Virus record (IMG/VR): IMGVR_UViG_3300024259_002152
Location: 1 to 64,000 of that record
Strand: one strand, 5' to 3'
DNA: 64,000 nt
Positions 28,201 to 36,572 of the stretch are shown piece after piece. The notes below the pieces were generated by a model. It saw only the letters and a program-made list of their open reading frames with translations, searched no databases and was not told where the DNA came from. The stretch's first letter is position 1, and each line of letters opens with the position of its first letter. Made by a program: the position numbers and the translations under genes.

Positions 28201-28251
28201 AAAGAGGTTAAAAGAGATTTTGATGATTTCTTTGATAATTTATTTGAGTGA
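25243..28251 (+). CDS. Large helical charged protein (1002 aa), possibly head-internal
   Basis: Long intact ORF with GGAGA RBS and late-type promoter; E/K/D-rich, no recognised enzyme motif. Confidence 0.6.
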   Translation: MFNLKKLMRIVKKGISFGNAFNISKQAVYRGTGEDIGLTEQKEKNIYEESDRLEEDMGTQWLAQQGVSVEPSDIPVQMAPVPEDVPDVVEDRMNMWLKENFKDINNEEISAVTADPGLYRELVSHPEYVQILSDKIKVNHSGLTDAQSDLFVETMMARTQDLMGSIEEREREMEEEDALKSQQTIELPETGLGQKLYNKIVNLTPEENQVFKDQMMMGYTSQMLSDAVSNHFDAPPGSRIDQRMNFFLSNPVFLEDIFQADPDFAQRYQQYDSKFQKIDLLKQEKGDFLLSVLDRLIDILDPSVVNWLKRGFPYQGRAKGQNVREQSQTDIMPETDDGKTSELGGLDPIEQAPLATTGADEGESSKFISDATKYYLTDNINEMRVLNQISSTAMMEEGKNKYMYSSEGSLDQARALKQYGAAEKLNAYFLAVASQLKDLFDVRGNPLTRDITQLVYRNPEGKAVMDVDVMKRMMNIGERSREMAEQEGEQEGYKEVSDYTNYIDEYKNRIKSGDEKEPFSPKWKEMINYNLVMRSFAELGEIKSKILDLKKRKHTDPASFIAPLTGGGGLGLLEHFSGVDANDTEETKNKKMSDFIYMTLKQDPALKKDPKGYSLKAPLQAYEDTKVIDGLQREIEQDKESLSFKYNQNKQDSIRSKEQEINSMRREMGKNFKSLIGTSYIPILGPLADQVDEKVVDPKTGVLKNKFSQGALFGFVELFDHNPTKMQNFIGLGQQKNRYDDPLYRTNTELYYKIRGTEPPEHVKSMIGAYTEGKETGALSKDEWYKDVFDTYRQFDVYQRSYAKQKERLDKVQEGLSSRISKANDKIVNKIESGEIDLENIRDRIKDPAKQMEFEEKMNSWDKASALPSDYYADYFGLAKTEKMILQDKKKIKTLQQGVPKEEKKRKTERAGEGEGTKDLLVKFKENKTRLEQIFEDRGKKIDLSALKIAESMYRIVQNRLLKLSEIKKSSYKFAFINIGSVDDIIKEVKRDFDDFFDNLFE

Positions 28252-28265
28252 AATAAGGTTCAAAT

Positions 28266-28436
28266 ATGGTTATAACAATAGTATGTTCTCATTGCAGGAA
28301 TCATGATAAGGATCCTCAAATAGAAATCAATTTTAAAGATGGTAAAATATATTACATTTGTCCAGACTGTGAAAAAGAGAGCGTTATTAGTTTAAAAGCA
28401 GATTCTACTCCTTTGCCCAGGATAAGGAGAATGTAG
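28266..28436 (+). CDS. Small zinc-ribbon protein (56 aa, not in track)
   Basis: MVITIVCSHCRNHD...YYICPDCEKES... Confidence 0.55.
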   Translation: MVITIVCSHCRNHDKDPQIEINFKDGKIYYICPDCEKESVISLKADSTPLPRIRRM

Positions 28437-28437
28437 T

Positions 28438-29013
28438 TTGTTTTTTATAGTTAATAAAACAAAAAATACGATAGTCATATCTGATATCGGGGTTACATTA
28501 GGCCCCAGACAAGCAACTGATTTAGATAAAAGTATGGATAGAAGTAAGTCCGATTCATCTAAATTTTTAAAAGCAGCTATTAGAAAAGGGGAAATAAGTG
28601 TTCGTATCAAAGATGGAGTTAAGCCATCTAATGTAGAACCTGCTAAAGTTGAAAATGGTCTTGATAATTTTAAAAAAGAGATGATAGCAGAGATGAAAGA
28701 TTTGTTATCTCAACAATCTCAACCTGTTGCTCAATCAGGTTTAGACAAAAAGGATTTGGCAGACTTTGCACAACAAATAATACAGAATATACCTAAACAA
28801 GAAACAGTTGTTATTCAAGGGCAAGGTCAGGAAATAAAGACCGAGGAAGAAGTTGAGATGGATGAGGGGATTTTAGCAGATATAAGTGCCAGAGCAGTTG
28901 ATCAACTTGTTGAGGGTAGTGATGCTAAATCTCTTAATTATAAAGAAGAAAAGCAAGAAAATACGATATTAAGTAATATCAGTGAACTTGAGGACTTATT
29001 TTTAAATGATTGA
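28438..29013 (+). CDS. Hypothetical protein with an N-terminal module related to 17075..17320
   Basis: FFIVNKTKNTIVISDIG...AAIRKGEI. Confidence 0.55.
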   Translation: MFFIVNKTKNTIVISDIGVTLGPRQATDLDKSMDRSKSDSSKFLKAAIRKGEISVRIKDGVKPSNVEPAKVENGLDNFKKEMIAEMKDLLSQQSQPVAQSGLDKKDLADFAQQIIQNIPKQETVVIQGQGQEIKTEEEVEMDEGILADISARAVDQLVEGSDAKSLNYKEEKQENTILSNISELEDLFLND

Positions 29014-29091
29014 AAAATAGAACAAGGATATTTCCAAGCATAATATAATACTATTATAAAAGGTTAATCTTATTGTATTATGGAGATAGGA

Positions 29092-29259
29092 ATGGTCGAA
29101 AAAACAGGGATAAATTTTAGGATATCGATAAGTCATATTGAGAAATTAAAAAAAATTGCTAGAGAGAAAGCATATAAAGAAGATGTTGAGGTAAGTTATA
29201 TAGATTTAATCAAAGAAGCATATGAAGAGAAATATAGTCTGGAGGTTGATAATGGGTAA
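29092..29259 (+). CDS. Ribbon-helix-helix DNA-binding protein (55 aa, not in track)
   Basis: GINFRISISHIEKLKKIAREK...SYIDLIKEAYEEKY: beta strand plus two helices; overlaps the HNH start. Confidence 0.55.
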   Translation: MVEKTGINFRISISHIEKLKKIAREKAYKEDVEVSYIDLIKEAYEEKYSLEVDNG

Positions 29260-30136
29260 AAAACTGACTTACCAGGAAGTAAAAAAGAGATTTGAAGATG
29301 AGGGGTGTGAGTTGCTCGATGAATATTATTGTAATAGTCAATCTAAAGTAAAATATGTTTGTAATTGCGGAAATGAGTCGATAATACGGCCGCATAGTTT
29401 TTTTAATGGGCATCGTTGTCAGAAATGTGGGTCTCAAAAAGCAGGAAAAAAAGTTAAGAATACATTTAAGTATGTTAAGCAATATTTTGAAAATTGTAGT
29501 TGTAAATTATTAGAAACAACATATATAGATAATAAAACTAGAATGAAGTTTATTTGTAGTTGTGGGAATAAGTCTAAAATTAGTTTTAATAATTTGACAA
29601 ACGGGCAAAGATGTATGAAATGTAGGGGAAGAGAAAAACACACATTCGAATATGTAGTACAGTATTTTAAAAAGGCTAGTTGCAAATTATTGGAAACAAA
29701 ATATTTAAACAATAAAACTAAAATGAAATTTGTTTGTAATTGTGGGAATAAGTCGGAAATAAACTTTCGTTCTTTTCGGCAAGGAACAAGATGTAAAAAA
29801 TGTAATAAGAAAAATAATTCTAATTATAATCCTAATTTAACAGATAAAGATAGAGAAGATAGAAGAAAATCTTTAGGATATAAACAATGGGTTAAAGATG
29901 TTTATAAAAAAGATAACTATACATGTCAAAAGTGTTTTAAGATAGGATATAAATTAAACGCTCATCATATAGAGGGTTTCGCTGAGAATAAAGAATTAAG
30001 AAAAGATATAGATAATGGAATAACTTTTTGCAAAGATTGTCATGATATATTTCATTCGATATATGGCAGGAAGAATATAACTAAAAAACAATTAGATGAT
30101 TTTAAATCTAAACAAGGTACAAAGAAGGTAGGTTAG
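29252..30136 (+). mobile_element. HNH homing endonuclease with N-terminal Cys-repeat (zinc-binding) units
   Basis: Three C..LL...Y.....K..F.C.CG......F......RC.KC repeats, then YTCQKC...LNAHHI...NGITFCKDCHDIFH. Start at 29252 follows GGAGG. Confidence 0.85.
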
Positions 30137-30145
30137 GATAAAATA

Positions 30146-30370
30146 ATGCCATTAACAGATAGTGAAAAAGAATGGATTGTAAGCGAAGCATTAAAGACTG
30201 ATGAGGGAAGAGCAGGATTGTCTGAATCTATGGTGGAGCCCATAAGAGATCATATTGGTCCTTATAGATTCTCTTTTTCTGTGCCCAAAGAAACTAAAAT
30301 ATATAAAATAGAAAAATATGAAGATATTGTTTCAGATATAAGCAATAGATTTAAGATATTGGATTTATAG
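30146..30370 (+). CDS. Small protein with RFKILDL tail
   Basis: MPLTDSEKEWIVSEALKTDEGRAGLSESMVEPIR...ISNRFKILDL. Confidence 0.65.
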   Translation: MPLTDSEKEWIVSEALKTDEGRAGLSESMVEPIRDHIGPYRFSFSVPKETKIYKIEKYEDIVSDISNRFKILDL

Positions 30371-30381
30371 GACAAAATAAA

Positions 30382-30549
30382 ATGTTTGAAAAAATACCAG
30401 ATGACAAAAAGGATAAAATAATTGCTCAGGCATTAGATGATCGTAAGGAAAAAATATTTCAACGAATGTCAAAAACTATAGTAGAAATGGTAAGTGAAGT
30501 AATACAAAAAGGAAAGAATAAGAAAAAGGAGTATAAGGATGGTTTCTAG
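30382..30549 (+). CDS. Small hypothetical protein (55 aa, not in track)
   Basis: MFEKIPDDKKDKIIAQALDDRKEK...; overlaps the next start. Confidence 0.45.
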   Translation: MFEKIPDDKKDKIIAQALDDRKEKIFQRMSKTIVEMVSEVIQKGKNKKKEYKDGF

Positions 30550-31597
30550 GATATACGGACTCGATTGTGGCACGATGTTTTTTCAGGTCGCAGAAAATAA
30601 TGAGGATGGTACACTTAATCTTAAAGAGATTAGAAATGCTTTTGTGGAGTTAGAAGCTTCTGAAGATATAGAGCAAGTCCTTGCTCAGAATGACTGGCAA
30701 TATGTTAGTGATGATAAACATTATTATGTTATAGGAGAAGATTCAATGAGAGTTGCCAGAATGTTCCCAGGTAAGGTTGAATTAAGAAGACCTATGCAGG
30801 GCGGAGTTTTAAATAAGGGAGAGGATAAGAAGATGCTTGTTATGGCAAAAATGATAGAATCTTCTATAGGAAAAGCTCCTGATAATAATTCTTTAGTTTG
30901 CACTTGTGTATCTTCTGATCCTGTAGACGGAGCACAAGACAATTTGTTTCATAAAGCCAGATTAGAAGGAATGTTCAAACGTCTTGGGTGGAATGTGAAG
31001 GTGATAGAAGAAGGGCATGCTGTTATTTTGTCAGAAAAACCAGTTATGATTGAAAAAGATGGGTCCAAAACCCCTTTTAGTGGTATAGGAATATCTTTTG
31101 GAGCAGGAAAAGTTAATTGTGTTTTAGCATATAAAGCTCTTCCTGTTATAGGGATGAGTGCTGCCAGATCTGGAGATTGGATTGATAAAAAAGTTTCAGA
31201 GCATACAGATAAACCTATCTCTCAAGTTACTAACATAAAAGAAACAAAGTTAGATTTTAACAATATAGATTATGATGATGATGTTGTTTTTGCATTGGAG
31301 GCATATTATACAAATATGATAGAATATGTATTTAAGAATTTTGGTAAGAAGTTCGCTAGTGTAAAAAGTGAGTTTGAGGCACCATTGGATGTTGTTATTG
31401 CTGGTGGAACCTCTATGCCTAAAGGATTTAAGGATAAGGTTAAATCTGTTATTGATAGTTTAGATTTGCCATTTGAAATTAAAGACGTTATTCAATCTAA
31501 AGATCCTAGAAATGCCGTTGTTAAGGGTTTATTAACTCAAGCCATTATCTCTCAAAAGAAAGTGAAAGATAAGCAGATAGAGGAAATGCTTGAATAA
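30539..31597 (+). CDS. Actin/Hsp70-fold (ASKHA) ATPase, ParM/MreB-like
   Basis: Phosphate-1 YGLDCGTM, connect EEGHAV, phosphate-2 GISFGAGK, adenosine VIAGGTSMP, connect-2 DPRNAVVKG. Confidence 0.85.
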   Translation: MVSRIYGLDCGTMFFQVAENNEDGTLNLKEIRNAFVELEASEDIEQVLAQNDWQYVSDDKHYYVIGEDSMRVARMFPGKVELRRPMQGGVLNKGEDKKMLVMAKMIESSIGKAPDNNSLVCTCVSSDPVDGAQDNLFHKARLEGMFKRLGWNVKVIEEGHAVILSEKPVMIEKDGSKTPFSGIGISFGAGKVNCVLAYKALPVIGMSAARSGDWIDKKVSEHTDKPISQVTNIKETKLDFNNIDYDDDVVFALEAYYTNMIEYVFKNFGKKFASVKSEFEAPLDVVIAGGTSMPKGFKDKVKSVIDSLDLPFEIKDVIQSKDPRNAVVKGLLTQAIISQKKVKDKQIEEMLE

Positions 31598-31623
31598 AAA
31601 ACAAGGTTTTTAATATATTTTTT

Positions 31624-31661
31624 AAGAAGTTATATGTGTAAAGCATATAGCTTCTTTTTTT
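31624..31661 (+). terminator. Terminator-like hairpin
   Basis: aagaagttatatg/catatagcttctt stem followed by a T run. Confidence 0.55.
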
Positions 31662-32402
31662 ATGGAGAATATTATGGGCTATTGTATAGAAACAGATATA
31701 ACAAGGATTATAGCTCAAGCATTAACATCAGCTACCGCTCAAACCTCTGATGATTTAGGCACTCTTTCTAATTTGTTGAATGTCGGTAATGTTCTAGATA
31801 AAAATTTGGTAACTACTGATGACGTAAGTTATTATATTCAACTGGCAGATAGTGAAATAGATAGTATTTTGAGTGAGTTGTATGCTACTCCTTTTTGTGA
31901 AAAAGTGGATTTCGAGACAGAATTATATTCTGATTTAGACCCATCCAATAATACTTATATTGTTATAGAGAAGTATTGCCCGCTAGCTGCTGGGGACATA
32001 ATTTTATTAACGGATGGGACCAATGAAGAGCGTCACGAGATAGATGAGGTTATAGGTGGAGATACTTTTTCTACAGTCACCGCCATACAGTATTCTTTTG
32101 TCGCTGGGACAAGAATTTTAAGGGTTACATATCCTCCTCCTGTTAGATTTATGTCTTCAAGACTTGCAGCAGCAAATATTTATGATAAATATTTTTCATC
32201 AGAAAGCTCGCCTAATACTTCTAATTTCGGTGAGAATTTAAGAGGGTTGGCATATGATAGATTGAATGACGTATTAAATGGTACAATTATAATGCATGGG
32301 CAGCATAGGATTGGTCGTAGGTTTTATAATCCTAATCTTGTGGATCAATATGCTTTGCCTAGTGGTGGAACTATTGAGAAAGGACGTAGGCAGATTCAAT
32401 AA
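31662..32402 (+). CDS. Head-tail connector-like protein (Mu gp36-like helical core) with inserted beta domain
   Basis: YYIQLADSEIDSILSELYATP...VRFMSSRLAAANIY...AYDRLNDVLNG pattern; start may be 31674. Confidence 0.5.
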   Translation: MENIMGYCIETDITRIIAQALTSATAQTSDDLGTLSNLLNVGNVLDKNLVTTDDVSYYIQLADSEIDSILSELYATPFCEKVDFETELYSDLDPSNNTYIVIEKYCPLAAGDIILLTDGTNEERHEIDEVIGGDTFSTVTAIQYSFVAGTRILRVTYPPPVRFMSSRLAAANIYDKYFSSESSPNTSNFGENLRGLAYDRLNDVLNGTIIMHGQHRIGRRFYNPNLVDQYALPSGGTIEKGRRQIQ

Positions 32403-32668
32403 TGGGTATGAGAGGTGGAATAACAGAGTTTTTGAATGAAGCTTTTGATAGAGCAAGAGCTGCTGACGGAAAAATTATAGGAGAAGATAATGATATCATT
32501 AAAACAGAGCTTGCTGACACTGATAGGCAAGCATGGGTTAGTCATATGGCGGAGCAATATTTGAAACATGAGCCTATGGATGATCCTCCTCCAGAGTTTG
32601 ATATAATTGAGAAAGACATTATTAGAGAACTGGCGAAAAGAGAGATAAATAAAATTTTGGGGAAATAA
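32402..32668 (+). CDS. Hypothetical protein
   Basis: 88 aa, coupled in the structural operon. Confidence 0.55.
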   Translation: MGMRGGITEFLNEAFDRARAADGKIIGEDNDIIKTELADTDRQAWVSHMAEQYLKHEPMDDPPPEFDIIEKDIIRELAKREINKILGK

Positions 32669-32673
32669 TTAAT

Positions 32674-33594
32674 ATGGCAATGGCAGAAGTGCTAGATGGT
32701 GTTAGAAAGATTATTCATAAGTGGGTGAATACCTCTACCAGAATTAATATAGACGTAAGTAGGGGTGATACAATTATTTGTGTCCAAAATAGTCGTAGGT
32801 TTACCGTTGGGGACCAAATTATGTTGAAAAATAACACAGTTTATGAAACTGGGTTAGTTATTTCTGAGATAGATAAGGTGGCTAATCTTATTACTTTAAG
32901 CACTGCTGTTTTAAACGATTGGACAGTAGCTGAAAATACAGTTTTAATAAAAACAATTAATGAGCAATTTGTTCAGGGTATTTATATAGGAGATCCTGAT
33001 GTTATTTCTCATTTTCCTGCAATTGCTGTTAATGGTGTTAGTAGAAGCTCTGAGTGGCTTACGTTAGAGAGCACAAAAGAGAGATATCAAATAGAGGTTT
33101 CAGTTTATGTTAAAGACTCAACACATGAAACAGGTTATAGATTTTTATTGGCGATGGTAGATGAAATACAGAAGGGATTAAAATATAATATAACTCCTTT
33201 AATTAGTGATTATGACTTAACTTCTTTAACACAGGATATCGCAGTAGGAGATGAAACTATATGGGTAGCAGATAGGAGTTTATTTAACAACAATAGAAGA
33301 ATAATGATAGAAGACCCTTTTGAAAGTCATGAAAATTGGGCTACCACATGGTTTACTCCTGAGGAAGATCCTTCTCAAGAAGCTCTTAGATTAAAGGATT
33401 GTGTTCCTTATGCTTTTGATAAGGATGATACAACTGTTGTAGTGCCAAATAGATTTATATTTAATTCATGGCCTGATAGTATTCAATATGGAAGTATACA
33501 TAAGGGAGAATTGCTTAAGGGAGCTAAAATTAGCTGGTTTGCTGAGGAGGAAGAAATGCAATTCTTGAGAAGAGATGAGCCTAGATTGAGATAA
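32674..33594 (+). CDS. Probable tail terminator/neck protein
   Basis: IYIGDPDVISHFPAIAV...YQIEVSVYVK...AMVDEIQKGL resembles tail-completion proteins; position upstream of the tube. Confidence 0.45.
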   Translation: MAMAEVLDGVRKIIHKWVNTSTRINIDVSRGDTIICVQNSRRFTVGDQIMLKNNTVYETGLVISEIDKVANLITLSTAVLNDWTVAENTVLIKTINEQFVQGIYIGDPDVISHFPAIAVNGVSRSSEWLTLESTKERYQIEVSVYVKDSTHETGYRFLLAMVDEIQKGLKYNITPLISDYDLTSLTQDIAVGDETIWVADRSLFNNNRRIMIEDPFESHENWATTWFTPEEDPSQEALRLKDCVPYAFDKDDTTVVVPNRFIFNSWPDSIQYGSIHKGELLKGAKISWFAEEEEMQFLRRDEPRLR

Positions 33595-33816
33595 TTAGAA
33601 AATGTAAATAAATAGAGGAAATTTTGGATAGATGTCAAATTAAATAGAGTATATGATATTCTTATAAATAGAAAAGAGTTTATTAGCGGTATAGTAACAG
33701 AATAAAAGAGGATTTGATAATAATTTTGTATAATATAGAAATAATAAAGAATAAAAAAGGGAAATAACAATAATTTTGAGAACACTATTATATAAGAATT
33801 CAATAGGAGAATTACA

Positions 33817-34266
33817 ATGGCTCAGATAGATAGAGATCTTTATAAAACAATCGCGGATGCTTATGCAGCTATCGATGTTAGTTTGTCAGGAGTTGGTACT
33901 CAGGCAAGGACTGCTCTTGATGCGATTGTAGATGTAGATACAACTACGTATCCTGATGAAACTCCATCGGTTGCAGATGCAGATGCTGCATTAGAAATAG
34001 AATTGGCACTTTTGACGCCGTTTAATATTGCTTATATTTCAGCTACAAATATATCTGTAAGTGTCGCTTCTTTACTAGACGCAGTTCGATCTGTTAATAA
34101 TCATGTTATTAATAATACCATAAACGCGGCTACAGCAAAGGCTAAATTGGATGCATGGATTAATGTCGATATGGTTGGCACATGGACAGGAGGAGCCTGC
34201 CCTGCTGGTTGGGCTAATTTGAGCGCAGATGCTGGTTACGACACAACGGATTGGACAACTGTTTAA
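33817..34266 (+). CDS. Hypothetical virion protein
   Basis: 149 aa, A/D/T-rich, AGGAGA RBS. Confidence 0.55.
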   Translation: MAQIDRDLYKTIADAYAAIDVSLSGVGTQARTALDAIVDVDTTTYPDETPSVADADAALEIELALLTPFNIAYISATNISVSVASLLDAVRSVNNHVINNTINAATAKAKLDAWINVDMVGTWTGGACPAGWANLSADAGYDTTDWTTV

Positions 34267-34319
34267 TTATCAGGATAAATAATGATTAATAATAAAATAA
34301 ATTGTAAAGGGAGATAAAA

Positions 34320-35411
34320 ATGGCTAGTCCTCATGGGTTTTTTAATGCGCCACCTGCTTACATGGGTTTTGTAGGTTTTGTGAGGCTTTTGGGTGGGACT
34401 ATTGTGGGTAATAACGATGGTGTTGATTCTGTATCTCATACCTCTTATCTTGTTAGGGCGACATCGGCTGATGTTAATTTAACACAAGAGATATCAAAGC
34501 CAGAAATAGTTGATAGTCGTTATGATAGGTCTGTCTATCAGTTAGGTCCAAAGTTAGTGGATGGGAGTATTTCTTTTCCTGTTGTCTATGAGGTTCCTAC
34601 TGGTCAAACTGATACTTTGTTTGAAATCCTTTACAGGTATGCTGTTACTCGTCAAAATAGCGGGGCGTTGAGTGATTTTGATTTTGAAGTAAAATATGCA
34701 GCTTCTAATAGTCTACCATTTAATGATGCTGAATTTAAATATACGGGATGTATTGTTAATACATGGCAATTTGCAGTGGCTCAATCAGATATTGTTACTT
34801 GTACGTTTGATGTTATCGGGGTTAATCGTGAACCTGCTGGGACATTGAATCCTCCTACCAGAAGCGATTCTCTTTGCACTACATCTTCGACGACTAGTAC
34901 AGACACTTTAGGAACTACAAGAATTGTTACTTGGAATGATGCCAGAGTTGAGCTTAGTGGAGGTCGATTAGTAGGCGCTATTGGAGGTCAATATATAAGG
35001 ACTTTCGAAGCCAATATTAATAATGATGCAGAACGTTTTTATTCATTGAATACTAAACTTTTCGCACAGGCGATAGCTCCTCGTAAGAGAGATGTAACAG
35101 GTAGTTTGGTTCTTATTGGTAGACATCCAGATTTGAGTTCTGTTGCTTTAACTAATGAAGATAATTGCACAGAATCAGCTAGTCTCAAATTTGGTTACGC
35201 TACTCCCGGAACGGGCGAAGGGTGTTCGACATCAACCTTTAATGTAACTCTTCCTAATGTAGTATACGAAATTGAAACTATGAGCCTTACAAATGACATC
35301 TTTGAATCTACTGTTAATTGGCATTCGTTACCCTCAGCAGGAAGTGGGGTCTGTGATCCTTTGCTCACTACTCTTGGATCTACTACTTTTGATTATGAGA
35401 GTCAAGCATAG
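34320..35411 (+). CDS. Tail tube protein
   Basis: ATSADVNLTQEI...GPKLVDGSISFP...AEFKYTGCIVNTWQF...VTCTFDVIG; synteny tube-chaperone-tape measure. Confidence 0.65.
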   Translation: MASPHGFFNAPPAYMGFVGFVRLLGGTIVGNNDGVDSVSHTSYLVRATSADVNLTQEISKPEIVDSRYDRSVYQLGPKLVDGSISFPVVYEVPTGQTDTLFEILYRYAVTRQNSGALSDFDFEVKYAASNSLPFNDAEFKYTGCIVNTWQFAVAQSDIVTCTFDVIGVNREPAGTLNPPTRSDSLCTTSSTTSTDTLGTTRIVTWNDARVELSGGRLVGAIGGQYIRTFEANINNDAERFYSLNTKLFAQAIAPRKRDVTGSLVLIGRHPDLSSVALTNEDNCTESASLKFGYATPGTGEGCSTSTFNVTLPNVVYEIETMSLTNDIFESTVNWHSLPSAGSGVCDPLLTTLGSTTFDYESQA

Positions 35412-35546
35412 TTGTTGATAATAATTAAAATACTTGAACTCAACAATAAAGTATTTTAAAAATATATAATTGCATATTAAAGAGTGATTTCTTTTTTCTT
35501 TAGTTGAGTTCAGAAATTAGATTTTACTCTTTTTTATTGGTGATAT

Positions 35547-36452
35547 ATGGCTAGAAAATATACGATAGAAAAAGTGAAAAATATATTTTTAGAGCAAGGT
35601 TGTAAATTATTGAGTAGAGAATATAAGAGGGTTCATGATATTTTAGATTACGAATGTAATTGCGGTATTGTTTCTAAAATAAGTTTAAGTAGTTTTTTAA
35701 ATGGTTGTAGATGTAAAGAATGTGGTAATAAGAAAAAGGGTAATAATACAAAATATTCTTATGAGCAAGTGAAAAATATATTTTTAGAGCAAAATTGCGA
35801 ATTATTAAGTGTAGAATATAAAAATGCTCGTGATATTTTACAGTATAAATGTAATTGTGGAAGAATATCTAAAACACGATTAACTCATTTTTTACGAGGT
35901 CACAGATGTAGATCATGTGGCACGAAACAAACAAAGGGCAAATTAAGTTTTTCATATAAAGAGGTAAAAAATACATTTAAGATTAATGGATGTGAATTGT
36001 TAAGTAAAAAATACAAAAGATCTCATGATATTTTAGATTATAGATGTTTTTGTGGTCGAAAATCTAAAATAACATTTGCTCATTTTTTAAGCGGAGAAAG
36101 ATGTAAAAAATGTGGAATAGAAAAATTGACAGGTAAAAATAATCCTAATTACAATCCTGATTTAACTGATGAAGATAGAATAAATAGAAGAAAAATCCCA
36201 GAAAATGAAATTTGGAGAAAAGCAATATATATTAAATACGATTATACTTGTCAAAGATGTTTTCAAAGGGGCGGTAAATTAAATGCTCATCATATTCAGA
36301 ATTATTCTACTAATAAAGAATTAAGATTTGAAGAGAATAATGGCGTCATTTTATGCGAAAAATGTCATAAGAAATTTCATAAGAAATATGGAAATAAGAA
36401 TAATACTCAACAGCAGTTAGATAAATTTGTAAATTTGATTATTTTTGTTTAA
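35547..36452 (+). mobile_element. HNH homing endonuclease with three Cys-repeat units, inserted in the tail operon
   Basis: GCKLLSREY...ECNCG...CRCKEC repeats; YTCQRC...LNAHHIQNY...NGVILCEKCHKKFH. Confidence 0.85.
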
Positions 36453-36572
36453 TTTTTCGCCTATCTTTTCTCTATTTTCCTTTCTTTTCTTATTTTTTTT
36501 ATAAGATTTTTGTTTTTTTTCGATATTAATATAACAGTTAAAAAGATGTTTTTCGTTTAATAGGAGAGCAAT

